DNA of 57,731 nt, the filler included, from Circinaria calcarea (lineage: Eukaryota), in assembly GCA_051942165.1 (NCBI GenBank). It is 6 parts of 6 records of this genome, joined end to end, with 100 filler letters (N's around TTAATTAATTAA, not from the genome) between each part and the next. Parts side by side here need not be neighbours in the genome. Positions count along the whole stretch, not along the records: positions 1 to 9,547 come from JAVECS010000915.1; positions 9,648 to 19,189 come from JAVECS010000916.1; 4 more parts are not named here. One strand, given 5' to 3'. Shown one piece after another: positions 1-11,859 of this stretch; within the stretch, counting starts at the first letter, position 1, and the number at the start of each line of letters is the position of its first letter. A program made the position numbers and the translations under genes. A model generated the notes under the pieces. The model did not search any database, was not told the origin of the DNA, and saw only the letters and a program-made list of their open reading frames with translations.

Positions 1-1673
1 TAGCGGCGGACCAGCTGGCTTGATCTACAGCTTTTTGATAGTATGGGTTGGCACCATAGCAGTCTTTACAAGTCTAGGTGAGCTGGCTTCCATGTAAGTC
101 GATGCCCTAGATGTTTCGATGAAAGAGAAAGTGAGAGGTACTAGTAGGGCACCGACTTCCGGAGGTCAATATCATTGGGTATCAATGCTTACACCCAAGT
201 CTTGCCACAAGCTGTGTAGCTATATAACAGGCACGTTATCTTGGACCTCCAAATCTTCATTCCCATACCTAATCTAGTCAATTAGGATGGCTTACAGTTG
301 TTGGTTGGCAAGTCAACGTCACATTGACATCCTACGCCACCGGTACGGTTCTGCAAGGCTTGATTGAAATGATCTACCAGAATTATAGCCCGCGATCCTG
401 GCAAGGCACATTAATTTTCTACGGGGTTTTGTCCCTCTGCATATTTGTGAATACAGTTGTTGGCAAGGCTCTTCCAAAGATCGAAATCGCGCTGTTGATA
501 CTTTACCTCCTCGGCTTCTTTTGCTGCTTGGTTCCTCTGGTCTACTTGGCACCTCACAGTAACGCTCACTACGTATTCACGACTTTTCTCAACAATGGTG
601 GTTGGAGTTCCAAAGGATTGTCTTTCTTTGTAGGCTTGTCGACCGACGCTTTTACGTACCTCGGTATGACATTTCTCTCATCTAATGACGTAGGCTTCAT
701 ACTAATCATTTGTTCAGGTGCTGATGCCGTTTACCACGTATGAAGAATCTGGTTAGCTCACCGTTGTCCAAGCCGCTAATATTACCCCAGATGAGCGAAG
801 AGATACAGAATGCCGCCGTTGTGGTGCCATGGGCAACTATTATGAGTATACTACTGAACGGTATTGTGGGCTTTGCAATGTCTGTTGCTATTCTTTTCTG
901 CATTGGTGATCCGGATGCAATCTTTACTACCAGCTTCAGGTATCCTTTCATGGAGATTTTCTTACAAGCTACAAACTCCGTCGTGGGTAGCGCAATCATG
1001 ATATCGACTGTTATTACAGCGTGTGTAGGTCTTTCTATCAGATGCATGGCCGCTGCTTCTCGAATGCTGTGGGCCTTTGCTCGTGACCGCGGTGTTCCCG
1101 GATGACGATATATTCGTAAGGTAAGGCTTCCCTAAGCTTGTTAAATCAGGCATGATTCACGGGACGTTTTAGATCAACAAGAAAAGCTCGATACCGACTA
1201 TATCCATCCTCATCACCACTGCGTTCTCTATCTTAGTCGGCTTAATCAGTATTGGTTCTACTATGGTGTTTAAGGCGTTAGGGTCTGTGACTGTCGGAAG
1301 CTTCTATCTTTCCTACCTTTTAGTCTGCGCCTTACTCCTCTGGAGGCGCTGTAATGGCTCTATCAAGACACTGGCAGAGATTCCGCCATCCGCTTACAGA
1401 GCAAATACGAATCTGGCTGGAAGCGCTGGAAACCTGGTCTGGGGACCGTGGAGGATAAAAGGATGGTTTGGCACCGCTATCAACGCTTTTGCCTGCTTAT
1501 ACCTTCTTGTGATGCTGGGTTTCACATTTTGGCCATATGTGACACCTGTCACACTGTCAACCATGAACTACAGCAGCCTGGTGATAGCATCTATAGCGGT
1601 GTTCAGTGCGGCGTATTATGTCTTCTGGGCGCACACCACATACAAAGGACCAATCGTAGATTTGAATGCCTAA
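1..1673 (+). CDS. APC-superfamily amino acid/GABA/choline permease, 5'-truncated by contig start; contains an in-frame TGA (possible pseudogene)
   Basis: Spliced reading gives GGPAGLIYSF...LGELASMAPTSGGQYHW...SYITGWLTVVGWQ...GADAVYHMSEEIQNA...SRMLWAFARDRGVPG*RYIRKINKKSSIP...MNYSS, all typical APC motifs. Introns at ~93-147, 231-285 (GC-AG), ~664-717, ~738-790, 1121-1172. Confidence 0.9.
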
Positions 1674-2075
1674 CAACTCTTTGTTAGTCCTATATAGCTG
1701 AAGCAGGAGGGAGATTTTCTGATTCCTGGTGCCGTATATTTCAAACGCCATGGTCGGTCCTTCACTGGAGAAAGATCCTCGTTTATAATCATGGATACTA
1801 CCTTATCTTGGTATTTATGCTTTCCTTCATAAAGAGAAAGCAAGCTTAACGCCCGCATTTGAGTCAGTGTAATATCTGAAATGTCTTGAAAGATACATGG
1901 ATACGGTATTCAATGCATTCATAAATTGTTACAGCCGAGCCGAGGCCGTAAACAGGCTCTCGCCCTCTCTTCATGACTCATTTTCATCTACAATTATTTG
2001 ATTCTTGTTCCGCTGCCCTGTTAATACTGGGAGGCTCACTTCTTCTACTGATAGTACTTGGCCGTCTAAGTCAAC

Positions 2076-3224
2076 ATGCCTACGCAATCGTATTTCAGCC
2101 AGTTCCCCCTTTTTCCAGACAATGTGCCAACTGCTCATTTGCCATCTATCACCTACAAAAGGCTTCTGATGGGGGACATGGCTGAATCTATTGCATTGTT
2201 TGATGCCTTCAGAGCCACCGGGTTTTGTCTGCTTGATCTCCGAGGTTGCTCCGAAGGCGAAACCTTTCTAAATGAGGCTGAAAGCGTTTTCCGAGTAAAT
2301 CAAGACATCCACGACTTAGATCTGGAGGAGAAAATGAAATATGCCTTCCAACTACCCAAATCACTCTTCGGGTAGGTTGCTGAGCTTTGTTGTCCAAAAC
2401 TCTCCGGCTCGACCCTCTTTTAGGATTTTGGCGGTCGGCTAACATCGTGTCAACTTTCCAGCTACAAATGCGCTGGCGCCACCAAGATCGAGTCCGGCCG
2501 TCCTGACCGCTTTGAATTTTACAATACAGGCCAAGATGATATGCTTGGCAACGGACCACCACGGGCCAACCCAGCTCCAATCGAGAATAACCGCCAGTTG
2601 CTGAAATCTTATATGGTCCAGGCTTATTCGGTCGTAAAGGTGATTCTGTCTCATCTTGACTCCCACCTGGACCTCGCGCCTGGCACGCTTGCTTCTCTGC
2701 AACCGCAGACCAAACTCTCCGGCACAGCAGTCCGCCTTCTCCGCTATATGCCACAGCCTGCTGGAGACCGTCGGACCAGCCTGCTCGGCCACACCGACAT
2801 CGGGTCCGTCACCCTCCTCTTCAACGTCCTCGGCGGCTTACAGATTCTCCCGGCCGGACTCGACAACGTTGACGGAAATTGGCGTTACGTCAAGCCGCAG
2901 CCGGGTTGCGCGATCCTGAGTCTAGGCGATGCGATGGTCGAGTGGTCCGCGGGGATTCTACGTAGCAATCTGCATCGCGTCACCTATGCACCGGGTGAAC
3001 AGGCAAATACTCCGCGTTACAGCGTGGCCTATTTGGTCCGGCCGGAAGCGAGTGTGTCAATGAAAAGGCTAGGGGGCGGGGGCGTCATCCCGGCGCTGCA
3101 GGAAGGAGACGAGGATGTCGATATGGATGCGACAGAATGGGAAAGGCAAAAGGCGACGGCCATTCAATGCGGAAGGGACAATGCGAGAAGCCGAGGCGGG
3201 AGAGAGATTGGCGTACAGAGCTGA
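2076..3224 (+). CDS. 2-oxoglutarate/Fe(II)-dependent oxygenase (IPNS/DIOX_N + 2OG-FeII_Oxy type)
   Basis: Two exons (intron 2372-2461). HTD (GHTDIGSVT) ... H (SNLHRVT) iron triad and RYS 2OG-binding motif; N-terminal GFCLLDL. Confidence 0.92.
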
Positions 3225-4113
3225 TTTTAATCCTCGCAGAGCTTAATGCACGATAACAATAGTTCTACATAAGGGTGATCTCTACTTGGCGGATGTAGAG
3301 GCTTGTGCAGACAATTCGAGAAATGCTTACCCCTTTAACTTTCACCACTAGCTTCCAAAAAGTTGGCATTCATCGAGCAGCAAGTATTCAGGGCATACAT
3401 TCGCGGCTAAGTTCATAATTACCTATAGCTACCACCAAGTAGAAGAGCTTTTCCAAGAAATCATAAGTGAATGACCTCATACATCCATAGCTCCCACCTT
3501 CCTCCATAAATCCAATGCTTATCCAACACCTCGGTGCATTGTACGTCCCAAATTCTTGCCGTGGGAAGCCGCAAGAAGCGGAAGCGGGCCGCCACGATAG
3601 GATCTGGTGGTTAGTCTATCGGGGGTCCGTTGACGGGCGGGATGAACCCTATTCTAGCTGTAGGAGAAGACATATTTCTAGAGGTTTGTCTGGCGGATGG
3701 ATAAAGTCTGTGCTCTATCGCTAATGAAAAGGGGGGCACCTTGGTTTTTGGGGGGCTGTACCTTGGGCCTTTGACTGGATATGTGATGGTCGAAGGCATA
3801 GGGCTTACCGAGTCACGTGATGTAGTCTAGATATGACATGAGGTCTTTGCTCAACACACCGCCTATAAAAGCACTTTTTCGCTGTATAGTTGGGTTAGCT
3901 GGTTATACACATGGTAATGGATACATGCCACCACATATGGCTGCTCAACACTACCAAAGTTCGGCGTTAAGCCGCTCTCTCGTTTTGCTGATGAATATTG
4001 GGGGTTTTTTTTAAAAGGAAAAAAAAAAAAAAAACCAACGCGTCTCTAGTAGTATATCGCTTTTTCTTGGAACAGTTTCTTCTCACTTCATCCCACCGTT
4101 TCGATAAAAAATC

Positions 4114-7100
4114 CTATATACTCTCTATCCGTCTTCTCAAGTCGACATTACTCCGTCCCCGAGGTCCATCATGATAATGCCTTTCGATGCCCAGCCACTC
4201 GTTCCCATGTTCATCCTTAAAGACTCCCAATGCATATCTGCGGTCCAATTGCTCCAACTTCCGTATCTTAGCCTCTACCCCTTGTTCATTTTTCACCTCC
4301 TCTAAGTCTTCAATAAGGCCCGGCGAAAAGATTATGCACGGTATGAGTGCAGCCAACGTGTCGGGGGGCCGGCGCAAGAATATGCGCCTGCAGTACCGCC
4401 ACCCAGCTGCAAGGTTGACCAGCAGGACGAAAGCGATTAGAATGGTCGATACTCGCGCTGAGGTAAGATCACTCTCGAAGGAGGTGGCGCCATAGTACGA
4501 GGAAGAGAGCTGGAGTAAGCCCAGAAAGACGGTGTAGACAGCCATTGCCAGGGATCCGAGCAGGACGGAGCAGAGAAGGTAATGCCCGTTCTTATATGCG
4601 ACAAATACTTCATAGATGGGAATCCCTGATGAATAGTCCGTCCAAAGGATTCGTGGTGATTGGTAACCATGCCGTAGAGCTTCAAATACTGTTAGGCTGC
4701 GAATTTTATGTTCAAAGACATCAAAGATGGACTGTGAGATGTTAATGTATGGTTCGTAACAGAGATATGGTAGAGAACCAAAGTATGTAAAATTTGCCTC
4801 ACTTGAAGGGCCCTTCAACTGAGGCAAATGTTACACATCTGTTGCACTCACTAATAAGTACATACCTGAACAAACACACCAACTATAACAGAGATATCTG
4901 GTGAAAGAGGAATGGGGTAGTTCCATAGTTCCGCTTGAGCATTTCTGTTCATGGTTGTGACTATGCTTATCTCGAAAGCCAGCAACGTTAGTAGGAGGAG
5001 AAGCCAGGGAGTAAAGACAGCTCTCCTGAACAGGAAAAAATGGGGATAATTAATAAAACGGTCTAATCTTGAGTGGATAGACCGCTTTAACACCTCCAAA
5101 GAAGGCTTGTGCTTCGCCCATCGCCTCTGGATGGTGTTGTTAAAAGGGATGAAATTTTTTAAACTGTTCAAGAGCTGATACGATGATGTGGATGAATTGA
5201 CCGTTTCTAATTTCATATAACCTGTGTTCGCTTGATGACGAAGACGGAACGGAACCGAGCCGAGTCCTGAGCATAGGTCAGAGAAGGTCTGCCTATCAGC
5301 GTTCTCACTGAATTGTAGAGACATATAGTTTCCTCTCGGAATAAGGTCATGCATGCTCGCGATTCCTCGAGGATCCTCTATTAGCCCCGTTATCTGGCCC
5401 GGGAGTAGAATGAGCAAACCCAAAGAACACAGAAAGGTGACTATGAGTAAATACGTAAGAGTCAAGGACCAAGATGGCTCCGCGATAGCCACCACCCACG
5501 AATATGAATTAGGCCATGCGAGAGAACCCCCAGAATAGAGCTCCCAGACATAAACGTAACTCTGGATAACAGGAATGGCAATTGAAGCGAGGACATAGCC
5601 AGTACTGGAAAGCGCAACGGTCCAATGACGATATCGGATTGCTTGAAGGATGCTTAGCGGAGTCCAAAAGGAATGGTAGTTCAAGCACAATGATCTTCTA
5701 CCGGTGCATCCATTCTTCTTGAAGAGCCGGTAATATATGTCGATTCTCTTAATTTCATCGTCCAGGATTTTCCAAATTCGGCCATAGATGACGGCAATTA
5801 GGATGGGCATAATGTTAAACGCCATAAGTGCAAGGCTATCGAAGCGTTATGTGAAATTCTTTTGACTATACTTACCAGAGAGCCCTTGGTCGTAGTATGA
5901 TGAGAGAAGGCCTTGTGGCAATCGCCCTGATCCTGGAGATCGAATAAATCGTGATACAAATTTCTGGCCAATCCATGTTCCTGCAGAATCCAAGCCGCCG
6001 GTCCAGTCTATATATTAGTAGAGTCAGTGAGTTTGTTATGCCTTAATAAGTTCAGAAAATATGCAATTTTCTTACGTTCGGGATCTGGGTCTGGACGCTC
6101 GCTTATTTTATATAAGTAAACCACAGTTGCTATCAGAGAAATAGCCGTGAAGTTTACGAAAAGAAGGTAGGGATACTGCAGAGCCCAAGGCTTCCAATTG
6201 CTGGTTTTGCACTTGCTGATCTTGGCACTCAGGCATCTATTGACAGCGATATATACGCATGTGAGTAGTAAAGGCAGACAGAAAAGGATAGGTAGAACAA
6301 TCAGAGCCAGCCTGTCGTAGTAAAAGTTGCCCTGGTGACTTCGATGAAATGGAGGACGAAGTAAAGCTTGCAATTTGTGATTAGCAAAGGTACCGAACAT
6401 TGGACTGCTATGTAATGAACCGCCAAGATGGCTAAGCATTAAGTCAGTCGTGTTTCTCTGACGGATTGAGGTTTATAGGGTATTATACTCTCCGCCGATG
6501 ACGTCTGAGATATTTTGGGGAACAAAGTAGCCCATGGTGTGGTAGTTATAGGATTGCCAGCCAGGCTCGGTGACATCATACAGTAATGGATCGTATGAGT
6601 AGCTCATGCAAGGCTGGTAGGGGTTTTGGTCTTGAAAACAGCCTCCAAACATGAGCACATATCTTGAATTTAGTAAAATGCATGAATTCTCCGACTTTGG
6701 ACCATTTGTAGTATCTGGCAAGGGTACTTTAATCCATACGCCGCTGGAAACATTACGTATTAGGAAATATGACATTGCCTATATAATATTTTGCTAGACT
6801 TACGAAGGCAAGCTCAATGCCCATGCATCTGACACAGGATGGGTCTCATCCTGTCCTCCGAGGACGAATATATTATGGGAAGTCTTGTCTTGCGCGGAAC
6901 CAACGGTAGCACAGAAGTTAGATCTTTTGCGAGGTATCGCTATGGAGCGCTCAAATCCTAGCTTTTCATCCTCGATAGAGTCACCTTTTTCGTCAGTTAC
7001 CTTTTGTTCTGTCCATAACTTAGATAATATGTCGTATATGAATATTGAAGACAATGGAGCCTACGAATATCAGCTTCAGCGATTAGAAACAGAAACGTTG

Positions 7101-8007
7101 TAACTTACAACTGCGAGGCTCCCATTTTTCTCAGTGTACCCTCCTAAGGCAACCAAGGCGCCTTTATTGTTCCCGGTGTTTAAGAACACCAAGCTCTGGT
7201 TGATGACCGGTACAAAGTCTGGAACTTGCAGAAATGACAAGGTTTCGGTTTGCATATTAAACTCAATCAACAAATGCAGAAACGGCGGTCCGTATAATCC
7301 CATCTCGTCAGAGTTAGTTATAACACCAAGGTAATAGCCAGTTTGAAGATCGGGTATATTGCAACCAGCGCCGTTGCTCGGTCTACTACTGGACACGTTA
7401 TGGCCAATATCAATAGAAGTCCACTGATCGTCCACTTTACCAGGCTCAAAACGCCAGAGGGAATTCCGTAACAGGCTGTCCGCTTCGGATTTTCCGCCGA
7501 AGAGCCACGCACGGTCGATCAAATTGCTCCACATAACCCCATGAGACACAATAGGTACGCCCGAAGGTCTTGATTGTGGCTCGACAATTGGTCCCGGTGG
7601 TACATTGAAGTTATTTATCAAGTTGATACGGCTCAATGTAGGTACTATTGCGTTAGGGCTAGTCTAAGTAGTTACATTGCAACTTAAACATCATTAGCGA
7701 CGTAACCTTGGATGTAGTAGAGCCATCACAGTTCATACTGCACAACATAGCACCACAATCAATACAAGCAGTAGACAGTTAAGACGCACCTTTTGCGGGA
7801 ATAGAGCCATTAGGATTCTTATATTGGCCACCGTCAAGCCATAGTGTATCATTAATCTGGAAAGCTGGGTGCTGTTAGCATAAGAAGCAATGTTCAAGTC
7901 GATAAAATACCCTGAAGACCCACACGCCGCTGCCCACGAGCTATAGAGCAAAGGGCAGCAAGACAGAATAGCTTATAAACGAACAAATGGCCAGCGCGAA
8001 TAAACAT
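4114..8007 (-). CDS. Multi-exon membrane protein: signal peptide, kelch/galactose-oxidase-like beta-propeller, TM helix, then two DUF3433-like multi-TM repeats; one in-frame TAA or very short intron at 5847-5849
   Basis: ATG at 8007 (MFIRAGHLFVYKLFCLAALCSIARG). Kelch-like motifs TLWLDGG, AWLFGG, LVALGG, IFVLGG, DAWALSLPSGVW, VIGGDHLGG. DUF3433-type motifs WKPWALQYPYL, WKILDDEIKRIDIYYRL, RSLCLNY, AIRYRHW and a second FEHKIRSL...WTDY...AYKNGHY. Canonical introns join the pieces in frame. Confidence 0.75.
4786..4835. repeat. 50-bp near-perfect palindrome inside an intron
   Basis: TGTAAAATTTGCCTCACTTGAAGGG|CCCTTCAACTGAGGCAAATGTTACA: 25-bp arms, 2 mismatches, no loop; lies in intron 4732-4865. 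Confidence 0.9.
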
Positions 8008-8718
8008 ATTTCTGATAAAACGCTACCGCACTTGATTACTCGACCGAAGGCCTATAAAGCATCAGTGCAAAGACAAACGAAAACCCAATGTAATGCGTAG
8101 GTGGTTGAATCTAGCACAGCAGCGTGGCGTGAAATGGGCAGTTGTAGCAGAGCCCCAGGCAGCAAGTTTCGCCACACAAAGGAGGTGGCTGACTTTAGGT
8201 AGCGGCGTCCGAGACACTTCCGGATATTACCAAAGTTTCGTACTATCCGCTCCAATCAGCGCAGTACATTGAGTAACCCCTGGTACAGTCAAGGTAATAC
8301 TCTAGGCGGTAGCTTCTGATTATGCTCTTTCCTCGGATTTGCTTCTCATCCAACAGTCTATGACATCTCCAAGACACCGGAAGTCAAACTTTATGAGCAT
8401 ATCTTACTGTCTTCTCTTCCATTCACATCTGTCCTCTGTGCTTTGTTCCTCAGACCCATGAACGGTTTAGTAAGGAGGTTCGATAGAGCCATGGTGGTAA
8501 ACGTCCGGTGTTAATAGTCGAGGGTTGTTACAGCGAGGATAGGGCCGCTATATTCCACATGGATACCTCACATCGTAGGCGACTCCTAAATGCGCGTTCG
8601 ATTTGCCCTTCTGAAGAAGCATGGGTATCGAAACAAATCACCTAACCAAATTGTTAAAACGCCAGCGCTATGCTCTACCTTCCAATGACTTCCGCCCTAA
8701 TTCTTTGTTAATCTCATT

Positions 8719-9547
8719 CTACTCCTCCGGCTTATAAACAGCCTCCTTGCACAGCACCACCACCTTCTTAAAGAACCGCCTCCACTCCACTGGATCCCCC
8801 TTCACCTTGATGAAATTAACCTCCACCAAGCCCTCATCCATGCATTCCATCCTCTCCACCACAATATCTCCACTAAGAGCACAGTTACGCGCATCCATTG
8901 TCTTGACCTTTATCCACGCCGTAGTATCCTGTCCGTTAAGCGCTGACGGTGGGAGTGTAGGGACCGGCACGCCCAACCGATGTAAACTTTCAGAGATGGT
9001 TGGTAGGAGAGCGGGGAAAGCCCACAGGGAGAAGAAGCGGGTAAGGGAGTGCGAGGGGAGGATGTCGCGGAATTGGCGGGCGAATTGTGTGCGGCTCAAA
9101 GGGACGGAAGGAGTGGCGGAGAATTGCGAAAAGGATGGTTCCTCGGCAAGTCGGTCCTCTAGACTATCGTTGCGGTATAGACCTGTTGGTCTATCCGATG
9201 TAGGCTGACTGGCTGACACGCCTCCCGCTATGTAACGAGGTGGTTTCTCCCAATCGAACATGATGTCGCTGATCGGTGTCTCGGGCTGAGTGGATGCGAA
9301 TTTGGTATCCCAGTCCGGTTTGTCAACCTCCATAGCATCTGTCGACTTTTGTGGACGTTGTGAACCCATTGGATCCTGGGTAAAGTCTATCTTCATGTTC
9401 TCAAACATCTGAGTAGCTAGAGCAATAGGATTTGTGAGCTTGCCATTAGCGCCTAGGTACTGGTTTTTTCTGGTAAACCACGGATGCCTCCTCACATCAT
9501 CGAGGGAGAACCGGGCTTCAGGATTGATCTTCATCATTCCTCGTAGT
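8719..9547 (-). CDS. CHK1: Checkpoint kinase Chk1, C-terminal part (5' end lost at contig edge)
   Basis: End of kinase domain (INPEARFSLDDVRRHPWF), SQ/TQ-rich linker (ASTQP, SASQP, SQF), LTRFFS and KGDPVEWRRFFKKVV C-terminal KA1-type motifs. Confidence 0.9.
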
Positions 9548-9647
9548 NNNNNNNNNNNNNNNNNNNNNNNNNNNNNNNNNNNNNNNNNNNNTTAATTAAT
9601 TAANNNNNNNNNNNNNNNNNNNNNNNNNNNNNNNNNNNNNNNNNNNN
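9548..9647. other. Artificial contig linker (N-run/TTAATTAATTAA/N-run)
   Basis: 100 bp, stop codons in all six frames, identical at all five junctions. Confidence 0.98.
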
Positions 9648-11648
9648 TATCTAAATGGGTATCTCGCAGCATCTGCCAGGCGCCGACGGCGTACATGTCG
9701 TCTCGTGAGAGTGGGGAGCATTTCAGCCAGGTCGCACAACAGCCGTTCCCCCAGGCGAAAAAGAGAATCGCCTAGCAAGTCTCCGACATGCCGTTGGCGA
9801 TGGCTTTCCCACACCTGGCACCTAGAGTAGCCTGCAGGCTAGTCTTAGCCTGGAGGTACGGTAGGTGGGCCATAGGGTCGCCCCAGTGCCGCGCATATGG
9901 GAGGGTGAGCCCCGCTACTCCGTACCTTCAGGTCCAAGGGCGAGCTGCAGATCGCCTACACACGCTTCCGGGCGGTCGAAGCTAAGGAATGGCTAATAAT
10001 CGATTTATTCCTACCATCGCCGCAATTTGGATGGAGCAAAAGGGTCGGGTTGGGCTTGGTCGACCGTGGTTCCCCATGGCTCGGCTGCACAGCTCAGATG
10101 CAGCAAGTCGCAAGATGGTTTGCCCTTCCGGAGTACGGAGTAGGCTACACAAACGACAACCAGCCAAGACCACCAAAAGGAAAAAAGAGGGGGGGGTGTT
10201 GGGTAAGGCGCATATACCGTTCGTCTGCTTCATGGATGCCAATGATCCAGGAGCGATCACCCGATTGCAAATCTCGTACCGCAGAAAGCTGCATACCCTT
10301 TGACAATGCCCGGGATCTTGTAAGCGCTAGCTATCCGGGTGGCGGATGGAATGTTCTCTGTTTTAGTGGGTAGGAGCCGACGAGGCAACTATATGAAGGG
10401 CGAAAAGGCCTTCGGAAACCCCAGTTTCCCGATGCTCACTAACCTTTTGCTATCGGGGCCTCCTTCGGTCCAGCGGGCGGAACCAAACCGATTCTTATGG
10501 TGAAGCAATCGTCGTATGTCGCTTGACTGACCGGCCCTAGATAGCTGAAGAACCTTGCGCAGCGCATACTCTAGATCAAATCTCCACATTGGGGGTTCTC
10601 CACACTCATACTTTATCGAGATCGCCACTCTCTATTCTTAGCTACACTGTAAGTACTGTACCATATATCGTCTACTCAGACCCCAAGGGTGTTTCCATGG
10701 ACGAGTACTTGTGCTGATGATCCCGTCGGTTTTCTTCACTAATGGACCCTTTATACCTACACCTGCTTCTCCCGCTTCATCTCAAGGTCTCAGCATATTT
10801 GTGCGCCTACTCGTAGATCGCCACGACTGGGATCCTCTTAGTCAATGACCCAGGTAGCATACCCGATAACTCCATGGTGAGAATACCTACAGCACAGTTG
10901 TCGAAAATGCACATCAATGCAGACACAGAGTGCAGCGGGGTAAGGCGCATGATGCACATGTAGCATCTCTTTCAAGGAACGTGTTCTGGGAAGCCCATTG
11001 ATCGAGAGATCTCCTGTCACTTGGGATCCTCATCTATTAAGGGATAGGGTGTTACTGAGTGTTCAAACACCACTATTGCTAGCAAATTCGAGATGTGATC
11101 TCTTGCCGAAGGAAGATGGGCATTGGTGGTACATCTTTAGATATTTCATAATCTCGATAACCTCGAATATGCCTCCGAAGGTCGAGGGAAAAGATCGGGT
11201 ACAGTTAATGTGGCCTTCGAGCTTAGTATGCAAGCATTGGGAGGCCAACCGTGAAAGGTGTAGATGTAGCTAAGCTGGAGAACTCCATTGAAGACGGTAC
11301 TATGCGTCGAGGGAAAGCATGCTGGTTTGAAAGTAGACAGAGTGGCCTGACAAATGCCCCTATGGCTGCCACGAGTCTCTGCTCGCAAAAGGAACAAGAA
11401 GCTAAAATTTACAAAGTAGGTAGTGATGTGAGTCTGCAGCACGGCCATAGGACGCTGATTTAGCAACATACGTAGCAGATGGTTACACTTAGCAGACCCA
11501 TACTACATAGTCACGTGGTAGTGTGAAATCGACACACCAGAAGCTCGCTTAGGGTCTTTAGCGCATCCACAAACGAACCTCAGATCTTGAAGATGCAAAA
11601 TAAGTTCCATTTTGGAGACTCGATAACGACAACAACGTCCAACTGTAG

Positions 11649-11835
11649 GTGAGTGTTATCCATTGTCAGTAGAGCAATCGCTAATGCCATACCCATAGTT
11701 TTCAATAGGTAAGACATTCACTCCGGCAATTCTAGTGACCTACCTTTGAATTTCTCCTCCACTCCACATACCCATTTACCTACCTTATGAGACAATCGGT
11801 AATCCGGAGCAACCTTACACTAATTGGATCTCTAG
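11649..11835 (+). other. Two putative 5'-UTR introns of RPL3 flanking a 10-nt micro-exon
   Basis: GTGAGT(11649)...CTAAT...TAG(11698); TTTTCAATAG; GTAAGA(11709)...ACTAAT...TAG(11835); RPL3 ATG at 11860. Confidence 0.6.
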
Positions 11836-11859
11836 CTTCCTGTGTGAGAGGTCGTAGCA

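Noticed and set aside
1103..1105. Selenocysteine recoding of the permease TGA
   Set aside because: The position fits a Trp, not a Cys, and Dikarya lack the Sec machinery.
3515..3820. Short minus-strand ORF 3611-3799 just downstream of a TCACGTGA motif
   Set aside because: No recognisable protein or consistent splice model.
9592..9603. TTAATTAATTAA palindrome repeated five times
   Set aside because: Always centred in N runs; a synthetic linker, not a biological repeat.
9648..11600. Cluster of 60-107 aa ORFs
   Set aside because: No motifs or coding bias; probably intergenic or promoter DNA.
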